Shown: positions 1-10,303, counted from the stretch's first letter. The stretch: DNA of 64,000 bases from an uncultured Verrucomicrobiota bacterium (GCA_964411985.1 CAYPNF010000033.1:14337-78336), one strand, 5' to 3'. The notes: generated from the letters alone by a model not told the origin. Numbers and translations: made by a program.

Positions 1-1
1 C

Positions 2-904
2 ACGATTCTCGGGGATATCGCTCACGAGACACGGCAAGCCATGGGCCATGGCCTCCAGTAAAGACACTGAGAGACCCTCCATCTCCGAAGGGTGCATGTA
101 AGCGAGTGCATGTCCGAAAAGTTCCTCCTTGAGTCGTCCAGTCACAAATCCCGGGAACAGGATGCGGGGATCGCCTCCAGCCATCCGCTTCAGTTCGGCC
201 AAGTATCGGCTTTCTGTGGGGACATCGCCCGCGAGCACCAGACGGGTGGTTGTGGGTGGCGATTTCAGGAAGGCTTGGAGCAGGTGATGGGCGCCTTTCT
301 CGGGCACCAACCGGGAGGCAAAGAGTAAATACCTGCGAGGCGTGATTCCCAAGTGGAGGAGCAGGTCCGGTTCGACTTGGGGCGGAAGATCTGCCCCAGG
401 AGGGATATAGGTCGCCTGGATGCCGTATTCCTTCCGGAGATACTCGCACTGGGTTCGGGAAACGGCGGTGTGACACTTGGCAGAACGAACCGCGATTTGC
501 TCCAGCAAATACAGCGTTCTCCGCCCGGTTTTGCTCCAACGGGATCGCTTCCATTCCAAGCCGTGCATCTGCAGAACGCTGGCTCTCCGGCTGAGCCAGG
601 CGAAGGGGGCGAACGCACCCGCGGCAACACTGTGAAAATGGATCAGGTCGGGTCGGCACCTCAACAGTAGGTGGGGCAACCCGGCGAAACACGCAGAGAG
701 TTTTTCTGCCCCCCTCCACCGCAGGCTGCCCAGGCGAACCTGCTGCGCAAACGGGATGTGATCGTCGTGCTCATGATAGCGCGACATGACATACACGGTG
801 ATCTGGTGGCCGCGTTGGGCGAGGTGCTCCGCCAGTCTGCGGGTGTATTGTTCAATCCCTCCCCCTCGGACAAGACTCTTGACTGCAAAGAACGCGATTT
901 TCAT
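2..904 (-). CDS. Glycosyltransferase family 4 (GT-B), 3' end runs off the window
   Basis: Absent from the ORF track; translated by hand from ATG at 904: MKIAFFAVKSLVRGGGIEQY...SRLVPEKGAH...PSEMEGLSVSLLEAMAHGLPCLVSDIP (GT4 E-x7-E motif). Open to the window edge. Confidence 0.88.
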   Translation of the reverse strand, partial: MKIAFFAVKSLVRGGGIEQYTRRLAEHLAQRGHQITVYVMSRYHEHDDHIPFAQQVRLGSLRWRGAEKLSACFAGLPHLLLRCRPDLIHFHSVAAGAFAPFAWLSRRASVLQMHGLEWKRSRWSKTGRRTLYLLEQIAVRSAKCHTAVSRTQCEYLRKEYGIQATYIPPGADLPPQVEPDLLLHLGITPRRYLLFASRLVPEKGAHHLLQAFLKSPPTTTRLVLAGDVPTESRYLAELKRMAGGDPRILFPGFVTGRLKEELFGHALAYMHPSEMEGLSVSLLEAMAHGLPCLVSDIPENR

Positions 905-2156
905 TCCTGTTTCCTCCTCGATGGATCCCGATTTGATTCCTTTGTATGGTTTCCCGGTAAAGCTGCTCCAGCGCGATGCAATGGGTGGTGAGGTCGAGGC
1001 GCTCGAGGACGAAACGTTGGCCCTGAAGGCCGAGTTCCGCAGCTAGCGCCGGGTTGCCCCAGAGCTTCAACATGGCGGCGCGCAACTCCTTGGGGTTCCG
1101 TGGTTCCACGAGTAGCCCAGTCAGGCCGTGTTGCACCAGTTCCGGAATGCCTCCAATCCGACTGGCCACGACCGCTTTTCCCGCTGCGAATGCCTCGATT
1201 ACGCACATCGGATGGTTCTCGTACCAGGTGGAGGGCAGGACCAAGAAAGCGGCGTTGCCGAGCAACCCTTCCAGAGAACGGCCTTCGAGGCGTCCGGCAA
1301 GCCGGACTGGACTGGGCTGCGTGGTTTTCAGGATCGCTTCCAATGTGGGCCTCAGCGGGCCATCACCGGCAAGTACCACCGGAAAGTCGAGCCCGCGTGC
1401 CGCTTCCAGGAGAACCATGAGTCCCTTTTCCTGAGATAATCGGCCCAGATAGACCGCATACCCCAGGTTTCGTCCCCCACCCACGGTGGTTTGTGAGGGA
1501 GCAAGGTTGGCTGGGTTGGGTAGATGAGCTATCCTCTCCTGCATTCCCGCCTGGCGGTGAACCTGGAGAAGGAACCGGCTTGGGGCGATCAGAGTGTTGA
1601 CCCATCCATAACGCCGGAACCATCGATTATAGTAGCTTTCAGCCGTGTAAACCGCGGAAGCACTCAGGCTTTCCTTGTGGCAGGCGTGCAGGAGGCAGAA
1701 CCGGAAACGCCCTCCCAAGCATGCCTCGCAGGGTCGCCCTTTGCGCTGCATTTGGTAGGAAGGACACACTAGTTTGTAATCGTGGAGACTCATCACCACC
1801 GGAATCCTTTCCTGCCTCGCCACCGCCAGGATGGAGGTGGTCAGTCCCCCATAGATATTGTGGGCGTGAATGATGTCTGGTTGGGCTGCCTGAAGCATCT
1901 GCCTGAAATGCCGAGCTGCCTGCCGGTTGTGGATGATTCGGAATGCCGCAGCGATCTTCCCCGCCCAGGTCAAGGTGTGGAACTCCCGGAAGGGAACGAA
2001 CCAGCGAGACCATGGGGTTTTCAAGTTGAGCGGGTGCTGACGTGCAAAGACCGAAACCTCATGACCTCTCTGTTCCATCCCTGCCATTTCGGACAGGAGA
2101 ACCGTTTCTGCTCCGCCACGGCGGTAGAAGAAGTTGTTGGCGAAACAGATTCTCAT
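852..2156 (-). CDS. Glycosyltransferase family 4
   Basis: RRGGAETV, GRLSQEKG and YENHPMCVIEAFAAG motifs. Start moved to ATG 2156, which forms an ATGA overlap with the upstream stop. Confidence 0.9.
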   Translation of the reverse strand: MRICFANNFFYRRGGAETVLLSEMAGMEQRGHEVSVFARQHPLNLKTPWSRWFVPFREFHTLTWAGKIAAAFRIIHNRQAARHFRQMLQAAQPDIIHAHNIYGGLTTSILAVARQERIPVVMSLHDYKLVCPSYQMQRKGRPCEACLGGRFRFCLLHACHKESLSASAVYTAESYYNRWFRRYGWVNTLIAPSRFLLQVHRQAGMQERIAHLPNPANLAPSQTTVGGGRNLGYAVYLGRLSQEKGLMVLLEAARGLDFPVVLAGDGPLRPTLEAILKTTQPSPVRLAGRLEGRSLEGLLGNAAFLVLPSTWYENHPMCVIEAFAAGKAVVASRIGGIPELVQHGLTGLLVEPRNPKELRAAMLKLWGNPALAAELGLQGQRFVLERLDLTTHCIALEQLYRETIQRNQIGIHRGGNRNENRVLCSQESCPRGRD

Positions 2157-3514
2157 CTCATGCGTGGGTACTCTCGTGTCAAGCCATCCCTCAACGGAAT
2201 CAGGAAGGTCGCCCGGAGCACGGTCGGAGGAGGTGTTGGGCGGTTCGCGCTTTTGAAGGGAATTGGGATCAAATGCCGATACCGCGCGAGACGTCGAGTG
2301 CGAGGATTGTGGCTCGCCAGGAACGCCATCATCCACGACATGAAGAGCAGGTTCTCCAGGTTGTTCTCGCTCACACAGTAGAGAGCGAACGTCCCCAGAG
2401 AGAACCGCCCATGGGATGACAGGTGTTTCCAGAGGCCAGCATAGAAGGAGAGGGTTGCCGCTAGTCCGAGGATACCCTGTTCCAATAGCAAGCGCAGGTA
2501 CTCGTTATGCGGAACGTTGGGGAGAAGAACGCGGGCTGATCCTGGCCCGTTGCCAATGATCCTCCTCCACCACGGGGAGTCTCGGAATTGCTTCAACAAT
2601 TCCCCCCAATGAAAGATCCTCCAAATACCCGACAGACTATCGCTTCCGTGGCGAGCAGCCATTTCTGCGAAGTCTGGTGGAGTACCCGTCCAGGCCTCGG
2701 CCGCGTGTGTCTTCACGGCATGGATTTGGGCCACTGTTCGTTGGAAGGCCGGGGTCGCTTTTAAGAGGGGGAACAGTCCTGCCGAGAGCAGAACCATCCC
2801 GAGGATGGCTACCGCTCCAGAGGTCCAACCCCGTTTTCGAGATCGGCTCAGGAGGGAGTGTGCCAGGGCGAAACTCGTGGCGGTGAGATACGAAAGGAGC
2901 GCTCCGCTGGTTCCTGACGCCACCAGTGTGCCCAGGACGGCGGCATGCATCGAAAGGCATTGAAGTTTGTCTCGCTGGTCGGCAAGGAACAGCAGCGCCA
3001 GGGCCGCCAGGGCGAAGTTATTCGGGTTGGTGAAGAGACCCGCTGCGCGCTGCGCGCCTCCTGAACCCAACAGCGACACTGCCAGCGACAAGATCAATAG
3101 GCCTGCAATCTGTGCCAGAAACCAGGCTCGTGCAGGCCCCTGCTGAACAGAAGGCAGCCGCAAGGGACGGAGGGTCAGGAAGAGTACATAGGGGAAGGCG
3201 AATTTCAGCAGATCCGCCGTACTGGTCGAACTTGGATTGCAGTAGGCAGCAAGTCCTAAGGCCACCAGGCACGCAAGACCGCGCACGTCCCGGCCCCCGA
3301 GCCGCTCGCGGGTCCCTTGTCGGCAGCGGGCCAGCACCGCGAAGCTTAGAAGCGCGGTCGCACCTGCCAGGTTCAGGACTTTGAGACCGAGCAGGGATCC
3401 TGCAGTGAACAGGATCGTGTACAACCAGAACCCGGCCAGCGGCAGTGCCCAGCACCCCTGAATGTCTGGCGGAAGCGTTCTTACCGGGCTTGGGGGTTGG
3501 CGGTTTCGGTGCAC
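2153..3514 (-). CDS. O-antigen ligase/polymerase (Wzy_C/WaaL-like) membrane protein
   Basis: Many hydrophobic segments, GLFTNPN, IIGNGPG and PHNEYLRLLLEQGILG motifs. Start uncertain: GTG 3514 chosen, ORF open to 3670 overlapping the GT2 gene. Confidence 0.8.
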   Translation of the reverse strand: MHRNRQPPSPVRTLPPDIQGCWALPLAGFWLYTILFTAGSLLGLKVLNLAGATALLSFAVLARCRQGTRERLGGRDVRGLACLVALGLAAYCNPSSTSTADLLKFAFPYVLFLTLRPLRLPSVQQGPARAWFLAQIAGLLILSLAVSLLGSGGAQRAAGLFTNPNNFALAALALLFLADQRDKLQCLSMHAAVLGTLVASGTSGALLSYLTATSFALAHSLLSRSRKRGWTSGAVAILGMVLLSAGLFPLLKATPAFQRTVAQIHAVKTHAAEAWTGTPPDFAEMAARHGSDSLSGIWRIFHWGELLKQFRDSPWWRRIIGNGPGSARVLLPNVPHNEYLRLLLEQGILGLAATLSFYAGLWKHLSSHGRFSLGTFALYCVSENNLENLLFMSWMMAFLASHNPRTRRLARYRHLIPIPFKSANRPTPPPTVLRATFLIPLRDGLTREYPRMR

Positions 3515-3528
3515 GGTGTGGGCTGGTC

Positions 3529-4512
3529 TTAAGCCGCAATCTTCCGGCGCTGCAGCAGGTTTTCGAGTTTGATAACCGAAAGGCGTAGCATGGCTCTGAG
3601 GCAGGGCGCGGCACCCTTCCTCCCCCATAAGGCCTGAACCTGTCTGAGTTGGCCGGCTGCTTGGTTCCATGCCAGCCTGCGGATCGATTGGTAGCTCTCA
3701 TGCAGCGCTACCAGGGCCAGAAACTGGATCAGGTCTTGTCTTTGGATTCCTCCGTGCTCCTTTTCGGCAAAGTGCTTCCTCACCATTTGCAGTGCATCAC
3801 ATCGCTGGCGCGACAGGCTGGCTTGGCACTCGAATACGAGAGTGTCAGGTTGGGGGTGATAGCAGATCTGTGGATTCCTGCGCGCCACTCGCAGATAGAG
3901 ATCCAAGTCTTCCGCAGTGCGCAGACTTTCATCAAACCCTCCCAGTCCTTCCACGATGGCTTTGCGCACGACGACGGTGGGCATCTGCCATGGATAAAGG
4001 TGCTTCTTGAGCAGTTCCACCGCTGGCGCAAACCGGGGGCGGCCATCGCAACCCGAATGTGAAAAGGGCCGAACGTAACTGAGACCCTTTTCGTGTGTGA
4101 CGAGCAAGGAGTTACCCGCACACCAACCCAACGCTGGATCCGAGGCCAATGAGTTCACTTGCCGCTCCAGTTTGCGTGGCATCCATTGGTCATCCGCATC
4201 GAGAAAGGCGATCCAATCTCCGCGGGCCGCGGCTATCCCGAGGTTTCTTGCCGCAGCCACGCCACGGTTGGATTGATGCAGGACCCGGATGCGCTTATCG
4301 CGGATCCGGTGCACGACTTCTCCCGTATGGTCCGTCGAGCCGTCGTCGACCACCAGGATTTCAAACACCGGATAGGACTGCTGGAGAGCAGACCAGATGG
4401 CCGCTGCCACCCGTCTCTCCTGGTTGAAGGCAGGAATGAGTGCGGTAATCCTCAGGGGCGATACCCGGTTGCGGACGGTGTGGCTATTTGTGGGTGCTGA
4501 ATTCGTGCTCAT
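3529..4512 (-). CDS. Glycosyltransferase family 2 (GT-A)
   Basis: IPAFN, VVDDGSTD, NRGVAAARNLG, FLDADD and EDLDL motifs. Confidence 0.92.
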   Translation of the reverse strand: MSTNSAPTNSHTVRNRVSPLRITALIPAFNQERRVAAAIWSALQQSYPVFEILVVDDGSTDHTGEVVHRIRDKRIRVLHQSNRGVAAARNLGIAAARGDWIAFLDADDQWMPRKLERQVNSLASDPALGWCAGNSLLVTHEKGLSYVRPFSHSGCDGRPRFAPAVELLKKHLYPWQMPTVVVRKAIVEGLGGFDESLRTAEDLDLYLRVARRNPQICYHPQPDTLVFECQASLSRQRCDALQMVRKHFAEKEHGGIQRQDLIQFLALVALHESYQSIRRLAWNQAAGQLRQVQALWGRKGAAPCLRAMLRLSVIKLENLLQRRKIAA

Positions 4513-5729
4513 GGTTCCAGCAATCCTCGAAGGCAGACACCTGCTCCCAGACTCGATTGTTGCAGCGCGGTCTGGCGCGATCTCAGGGTCTCGCGGATTC
4601 GGTCTGCACCCTGGAGCGTGACCGTCAGCTTCTCGAACAGGCTGTCAGCGCAGATGCTCCCAGCCGAAATCACGAAATCACGATTTCCGAAGATGGATTC
4701 AGCGATGCCTGAGGCTTTCTGACTGTAAGCGATGGCCAGGACGGGAACCTGGGAAGAATAGCCGGCAATGCAGGCGTGAGTCCGTGCTGCCACGAGCACC
4801 TCCAGGCCGGCGATGATGCTCTTGGTTTGAGCCGCACTCGTGTCGGCGGGCGGAAACTGCGCGTGGACTCCGTGGGCCACCAGGGCGTCGGCGAACTCCC
4901 GCAGGCATTCCCAGTCGTCTCCGTAGGGTTGGGTGACGTGTGGAATCATGACGATGGGTCGGCTGAGGCAGGCAAGTTTGGCAGCCAGGCTTGTCAAGAA
5001 ATGCCGCCAGCCGCCGCTCTGCTGTCGCTCGATCCTGGTTCGGAGCATCGGGCTCAGGTTGAATCCAATGGCGCCGAGCGGAGGGACGAATGGGCTTGGT
5101 GTTGGGTCCAGAAGGAAAGCTGGGTCTGAGAAGCGCCGCACCCTTTGTTGGAGGCGCCAATGAGATTCGAGATAATTCGCCGAAAGTTCCTCGCGAACGA
5201 AGAAGTGTGAAAAGCGCCTTTGCAGGATGTTTCCAACAAACCGTTGATAGGCTGGCTGTTCGTCGAACGGTCCGACGGATGCCCCCCAGAGGACCTGCGG
5301 CTTTCCACATCCCCCTAGCGCGTTGGCGAGCGCGACGAAGATGGATGGCTTTCCGTAGTCGAGGGTGAAGTTGTCTCCACCGACCGCGAGGACGGCCCTG
5401 CAGATCCGCGCCTCGTCGCAAAGTCCCTGAAATGCGAGTCGAGCCAGCACGGGATGGTGAGCGCGTTGCAGGCAACGCACCGCCAACCAGGCCGGCGTGA
5501 GACGTTTGGGGAAGGGAATGGGACGGTGCAGGATCTCCTTGTCGTGATCGACCGCCGGAGGAGGGTGGGCGCGCGGATCTAGGTGCCAGTTCAGGAGGTG
5601 GCAGGGACCAAACGCCGAACGCAGAATCCTGGCCGTGCCCCGCACAATCGCCTCGCAACCTCGGTTTTCATAACCTCCGTTTCCCACCAACAGGAAACAT
5701 GGCTTCCCACTTCCCTCTCGAACCCGCAT
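4509..5729 (-). CDS. Polysaccharide pyruvyl transferase family protein
   Basis: N-terminal NRGCEAI, then GASVGPF, VREELS, DPAF, ARTHACIAG and IAYSQK motifs; first gene of the EPS cluster. Confidence 0.85.
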   Translation of the reverse strand: MRVREGSGKPCFLLVGNGGYENRGCEAIVRGTARILRSAFGPCHLLNWHLDPRAHPPPAVDHDKEILHRPIPFPKRLTPAWLAVRCLQRAHHPVLARLAFQGLCDEARICRAVLAVGGDNFTLDYGKPSIFVALANALGGCGKPQVLWGASVGPFDEQPAYQRFVGNILQRRFSHFFVREELSANYLESHWRLQQRVRRFSDPAFLLDPTPSPFVPPLGAIGFNLSPMLRTRIERQQSGGWRHFLTSLAAKLACLSRPIVMIPHVTQPYGDDWECLREFADALVAHGVHAQFPPADTSAAQTKSIIAGLEVLVAARTHACIAGYSSQVPVLAIAYSQKASGIAESIFGNRDFVISAGSICADSLFEKLTVTLQGADRIRETLRSRQTALQQSSLGAGVCLRGLLEP

Positions 5730-5891
5730 CTTGCACCTCCTCTTTGCAGGAGAGCCTCCTCTTGCTGCCGGGTGTCAACGGGACTGGACTTTTCGGCTCA
5801 GCAATGACGGGACGGGATTCCAACCTGCCACCCAAGCGTTTTCTACGTGGGCTTAGGATATAATGAATCTCCTGACCTCCTGACCGGGGAG

Positions 5892-5921
5892 TTCCTACCG
5901 AAAACTTAGTTGGGATGTCAA
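5892..5921 (-). promoter_or_regulatory. Possible sigma70 promoter of the EPS operon
   Basis: Minus strand TTGACA-N18-TAGGAA; perfect -35, weak -10. Confidence 0.35.
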
Positions 5922-6025
5922 GTGCAGAGACGCTGGATTTTCTCAAACCTTGGGGGGATGCCAAATCTGGGCTCAGACTCTCTCGAGCAGTGATGGGATG
6001 GTTGGAGGTGAGGGTCGACAGCCCT

Positions 6026-6961
6026 TTAGGGAGGCAACAGTTCCACCCGCGCTTCCCCAGCCAGCCTCTTCACGTCCTCCCGATCCAGGTCTCCCGGCAT
6101 GAGCGTCAAGGCATTGGCCGCACCAGCCGCACTGCCCCAGCGGCAGGCTTCGCCTAGATCATCACCACGCAGCAGCCGACTCACCATCGCCGCCGTGAAC
6201 GCATCTCCCGAACCGATCGGATTGACCGCCTTGATGCGCGGAGGTGTGATAGCCCAGATCTTCTGACCGTCAAAGGCGAGGGTGGGGTGTTGGCCGGCCG
6301 TGACCACGACCCGTTGCGCACCGCGCGTACGTAGTTCCCGCATGGCATGGATCACCGAGGCGGTATCGAGTAGTTCCCGGCCGGTGGCGGCTGCGAGTTC
6401 GTGGCGATTTGGTTTCACCACGCCGGGCCGTCCGGCGAGTGATTCCAGCAGAGGTTTGCCTTGGGTGTCGATCACTACCAACGCATTGGCAGGGCGGGCA
6501 ACCTCGAGGAGTCGAAGATAGAGGTCGTCTGGCAGACCTGGGGCGATCGTACCTGACAAGACCATGGCGCGGCATCTGGGCAGAGCGAGCCTGACCTTTT
6601 CCAGCAACACGTCCAGGCAGGCGGGTTCCACGCCCTGGCTCTCCTCCACCAGTTCCGTTTGGGTTTGGGTCGACTCGTCGATGACCGTGATGCATTCGCG
6701 TGAAGCACATCCAGCGGGGATGGATTCCAGCGACAGACCGCGGGCTCGCAATCGCTCCGCGATGAAATCGCCGCGATGGCCCCCGAGGAGGGTTATGGCC
6801 ATTGTTGGCTCACCAAGTGCTTGCAGCACTTTGGCCACGTTAATCGACTTTCCTGACGGCCCATCCACTGTCGTGGAGGCCCGGTTCACCGCATCCCGTG
6901 TGAGTTTGCGGAAGACCATGACGCGCTGCAGAGCCGGAGTCGTACCTACGCAAAGAATCAT
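6026..6961 (-). CDS. 1-phosphofructokinase-family (PfkB) hexose kinase
   Basis: GKSINVA, KPNRHEL and NPIGSGDAF PfkB signatures; start set at ATG 6961. Confidence 0.88.
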   Translation of the reverse strand: MILCVGTTPALQRVMVFRKLTRDAVNRASTTVDGPSGKSINVAKVLQALGEPTMAITLLGGHRGDFIAERLRARGLSLESIPAGCASRECITVIDESTQTQTELVEESQGVEPACLDVLLEKVRLALPRCRAMVLSGTIAPGLPDDLYLRLLEVARPANALVVIDTQGKPLLESLAGRPGVVKPNRHELAAATGRELLDTASVIHAMRELRTRGAQRVVVTAGQHPTLAFDGQKIWAITPPRIKAVNPIGSGDAFTAAMVSRLLRGDDLGEACRWGSAAGAANALTLMPGDLDREDVKRLAGEARVELLPP

Positions 6962-6991
6962 GCTTTTGTGATGTTTACTTCGAACCAACCC

Positions 6992-7020
6992 AGCCTATCC
7001 CACCCCCCTGGCCCAGGCAA
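6992..7020 (-). promoter_or_regulatory. sigma70-type promoter for the PfkB gene
   Basis: Minus strand TTGCCT-N17-TAGGCT, about 30 nt upstream of ATG 6961. Confidence 0.5.
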
Positions 7021-7066
7021 ATCCGTATGCTTTTTTCTTGCGGTCTGGTGGGAGTCCAAGGACGGT

Positions 7067-7699
7067 ATGGTTATGGCTCAGACGCGTTATCGTCCGTTGT
7101 TCGCCGTATTGGGGTGTCTCTGTTTGGCTTGGATTCTGGCGATTGGAGGTTACCAGGTCTTCCGGAACTCGAGGATCACTCCGGAGAAGGTGCGAGCCTA
7201 CCTGCGCTCGGTCGACTTGACGAAACTCTCGCCTGAAGCACGACGCAAAGCACTGCGGGAATTGATCACCAAGTTGAACAAGCTTAGCTATGAAGAGCGA
7301 AGGACAGCCCGTTTGGACAAAGAATGGAGTCGGTGGTTTCAAGTGATGACCGACGAGGAGAAAGGCGAGTTCATCGAGGGAACTCTGCCCACCGGGGTGA
7401 AGCAGATGCTGGCTTCGTTCGAGGAACTGCCTGAGGCCAGGCGAAAGAAGATGATCGATGACGCTCTCAAGCGTTTGCGCGAGGCTCGAGACCAGATTGA
7501 TCGTGGCGAGGTGGATGTTTCCGTGGGGGGAGGTGACGAGCCGCCAGTTTTGTCGGACGAACTTCGCCAGAAGATTACCACCACTGGCCTGAAGACCTAC
7601 TACGGCCAAAGCTCAGCTCAGATGAAAGCCGAGTTGGCGCCCTTGTTGGAGGAGATGCAGCGGATGATGGAGAGAGGGGCCTTTTTTCGCGGACATTGA
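7067..7699 (+). CDS. Hypothetical membrane-anchored alpha-helical protein
   Basis: One N-terminal hydrophobic segment followed by a charged helical body; first gene of a 4-gene operon. Start ATG 7067 or 7073. Confidence 0.75.
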   Translation: MVMAQTRYRPLFAVLGCLCLAWILAIGGYQVFRNSRITPEKVRAYLRSVDLTKLSPEARRKALRELITKLNKLSYEERRTARLDKEWSRWFQVMTDEEKGEFIEGTLPTGVKQMLASFEELPEARRKKMIDDALKRLREARDQIDRGEVDVSVGGGDEPPVLSDELRQKITTTGLKTYYGQSSAQMKAELAPLLEEMQRMMERGAFFRGH

Positions 7700-7712
7700 G
7701 ACAGGTGCTACC

Positions 7713-8324
7713 ATGCCCAGCAGGAATGCTTTGATTTCTCTGGCTCAGCTTCGCCCTATGGCGAAGGGACCTTCCCTTTCCCCGCCCGTTGCTTTCACCC
7801 TTGTGGAACTCTTGGTGGTCATGGCGGTGATCGGCATCCTTTCTAGTCTGCTGCTTTCCAGTCTGGGACGTGCGAAGGAGGCGGGCCGCTCCACTGCTTG
7901 TCTAAGCAACCTGCGGCAGTGCGGCATCGCCCTGCAATTGTACACCCAGGATTTTGGGAATCGACTCCCCTCCATGCGCGATCAGCTCTTCGGCACCAAT
8001 CCTCCCTCATCGGACCATCTTTTTGGCGCCGATGTCGTGTTGTCAAACTACCTTGGAAACGTGGCAGTGCTGCGTTGTCCTTCGGACAAGGATGGTGTTT
8101 ATGAGAAGACCCGGTCCAGTTATTCGTGGAATAGTCTTTTGAACGGGCAGAATGCCGACCACCTTCAGGTCCTCGGTCTGCAGTTCGATCCGCATCAGAT
8201 CCCGGTGATGTTCGATAAGGAAGCGTTTCACCGGCTTCGTGGAGCGAAGAAAGGGGTTAATTACCTTTACGCTGACGGTCATATCAAGAATCTGCTGACG
8301 TTGGAAGGAACCATCGCAAAATAG
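7713..8324 (+). CDS. Prepilin-type N-terminal cleavage/methylation protein with C-terminal H...DG motif
   Basis: AFTLVELLVVMAVIGIL, CLSNLRQ, RCPSD and FH...VNYLYADGH, as in PVC pseudopilin-like proteins. Confidence 0.88.
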   Translation: MPSRNALISLAQLRPMAKGPSLSPPVAFTLVELLVVMAVIGILSSLLLSSLGRAKEAGRSTACLSNLRQCGIALQLYTQDFGNRLPSMRDQLFGTNPPSSDHLFGADVVLSNYLGNVAVLRCPSDKDGVYEKTRSSYSWNSLLNGQNADHLQVLGLQFDPHQIPVMFDKEAFHRLRGAKKGVNYLYADGHIKNLLTLEGTIAK

Positions 8325-8326
8325 CT

Positions 8327-9247
8327 GTGATTGAACTGAGAAAAGTTACCAAGTTTTTCGGCCGCCGGATCGCGGTGGACGAGCTCACTCTTCAAGTGCC
8401 ACCAGGGGAGATCTTTGGCCTCCTCGGACATAATGGGGCGGGGAAGAGCACCGCCATAGGTATGATGCTGGGCCAGGTGTGGCCCACGGCGGGTGAGGTT
8501 TTCATCTGCGGGGCCGATGTCTCCCAGAATCGAAAGCAGGCGCTCGCTGGCGTCGGGGCCATTTTTGAAACCCCCGCGTTCTACGACTACCTCAGCGGCT
8601 GGGAAAACCTGAGGATTCTCAGCCATTACACCGCTCCAACCTCGGATCGGCGCATTGCCGAAGTCTTGGATTGGGTGGGTCTCACGGGCCGGGAGCGATC
8701 GAAGGTTCGCACCTATTCCCATGGGATGCGAGCCCGACTTGCCCTTGCACAGGCCCTTTTGCCGTCCCCGAAGCTCCTCATCCTGGATGAACCAGGAGAG
8801 GGACTGGATCCTTCGGGCATCACAGAGATGCGCCAGATGGTCCTCCGGCTCCAAAAGGAGCTCGGGTTAACTATTCTGCTTTCCTCTCACCTCCTGTCCG
8901 AGGTGGAGCAGATTTGTACTCGGATTGCCGTGCTCCAGATGGGTAAATTGGTTTTCGAAGGGCCGCTGTCCCAAACCAAAGGGGGCGGGAATTGGTATCG
9001 CCTCAAAGTGGACGACTTTTCAAGAGCGGTCGCATTACTGCAGACTCAGGGTTGGCTGTGCGGTGCGGAAGACGGATGCAAGGTGGCATTGCAGGAGGGT
9101 GTTGGATCCGACCGAGTGGTCCGTCTCCTGGTGGAGAACGGACTCGCGGTCTACGAGATTGCCAGGCGCGAGCACACTCTGGAGGACTTCTATCTTTCCC
9201 TGGTTCGTCAACACGAGACCCGTGCCGCCGTCTCCTCGGAGCCTTGA
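8327..9247 (+). CDS. ABC-2 type transporter ATP-binding protein
   Basis: Walker A GHNGAGKST, signature YSHGM, Walker B LILDEP, SSH switch. Confidence 0.93.
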   Translation: MIELRKVTKFFGRRIAVDELTLQVPPGEIFGLLGHNGAGKSTAIGMMLGQVWPTAGEVFICGADVSQNRKQALAGVGAIFETPAFYDYLSGWENLRILSHYTAPTSDRRIAEVLDWVGLTGRERSKVRTYSHGMRARLALAQALLPSPKLLILDEPGEGLDPSGITEMRQMVLRLQKELGLTILLSSHLLSEVEQICTRIAVLQMGKLVFEGPLSQTKGGGNWYRLKVDDFSRAVALLQTQGWLCGAEDGCKVALQEGVGSDRVVRLLVENGLAVYEIARREHTLEDFYLSLVRQHETRAAVSSEP

Positions 9248-9257
9248 ACCTAAGCCT

Positions 9258-10097
9258 ATGTTCCTTCTCCAACTGCGTAACGAGCTGATCAAGCTGTTCG
9301 GTAAGAAACGAACCTACATTGGATTCGCGATGTTCCTGCTCGCGCAGAATCTGATCGCCCTCGTCTTTCGATTCACCCATGCGCCGCGCCCCCTGCAGCG
9401 CATGCTGGAGGCTAACGGGCAGATCGCCGCCGAGTACCTCAGCGCCCTTACCATCGCCTCGATCATGCTCATCCCGCTCGCCGCCTTTCTCCTTCCCCTT
9501 TACGTCTCCCTGGTGGGGGGGGATCTCGTTGCGAAAGAGGCGGAGGATGGGACCTTGCGCATGATTCTGTCGCGGCCCATCGCACGCAGCCGGCTGCTTT
9601 TAGTGAAGTGGGCCGCTGGGTGTGTGTTTGCGGTTGCTTTGTCCTTGTCCCTTGGCTTGTTTGGCATCCTGTTTGCGCGACTCTATTTTCCCTGGGGTGG
9701 GCTATTCGTGTGGATGCCCGAGCAGGAGATTCTCAGCATACTGCCTGCTGCCCAAGGGCTGGGCCGGTTCTGGGCTGCTCACGCCATGCTCGTAACCGAG
9801 GCCTGTTCCATCATGGGAATGGCTTTCATGTTCTCCTGTTTCAACGTAAAGCCCGCAGCCGCAACTATTCTGGCGCTTTCCCTGGTCTTTGTGAGTTTCA
9901 TTCTTGAGCATATTCCTTACTTCAAGGAGTACCAAAACTGGTTCTTTACCTATCACCTCCACCTTTGGCAGCTGATGTTTGCTGAGAACATCCCTTGGTG
10001 GAGGGTGGGGCAGTCTCTTAGCCTGCTCCTTGGGTTTAACGTGAGTTTCCTTGCCATAGGGGTCACCGTTTTTCAGTTGCGGGACATCAAGAGCTGA
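9258..10097 (+). CDS. ABC-2 type transporter permease
   Basis: About 6 TM segments, EAEDGTLRMILSRPIARSRLLLVK motif, C-terminal FQLRDI; start ATG 9258. Confidence 0.9.
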   Translation: MFLLQLRNELIKLFGKKRTYIGFAMFLLAQNLIALVFRFTHAPRPLQRMLEANGQIAAEYLSALTIASIMLIPLAAFLLPLYVSLVGGDLVAKEAEDGTLRMILSRPIARSRLLLVKWAAGCVFAVALSLSLGLFGILFARLYFPWGGLFVWMPEQEILSILPAAQGLGRFWAAHAMLVTEACSIMGMAFMFSCFNVKPAAATILALSLVFVSFILEHIPYFKEYQNWFFTYHLHLWQLMFAENIPWWRVGQSLSLLLGFNVSFLAIGVTVFQLRDIKS

Positions 10098-10263
10098 TCG
10101 GTCTTGCTTTCGCAGTTAACCTGCTTGGCCGAACTTGGAGCGGAGATCGGGGGGAGATTTTCGCCAGGTCTCTTCCATGAAGGGGAAATGTGTGTAAAAT
10201 ATTGGGGTGGAGTTGAATGCGTTGTTCGTTGAGGCTTGGGTTTCCGTGGTGTCAGAGGATGGG

Positions 10264-10297
10264 TGTCACTTGACAGACCGGTTTCCGAAAATATAGT
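10264..10297 (+). promoter_or_regulatory. sigma70 promoter of the KamA-type gene, with a small palindrome over the -35
   Basis: TTGACA(10270)-N16-TATAGT(10292), 6 nt before ATG 10304; TGTCA-CT-TGACA inverted repeat at 10264-10275. Confidence 0.65.
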
Positions 10298-10303
10298 GCG
10301 GAG

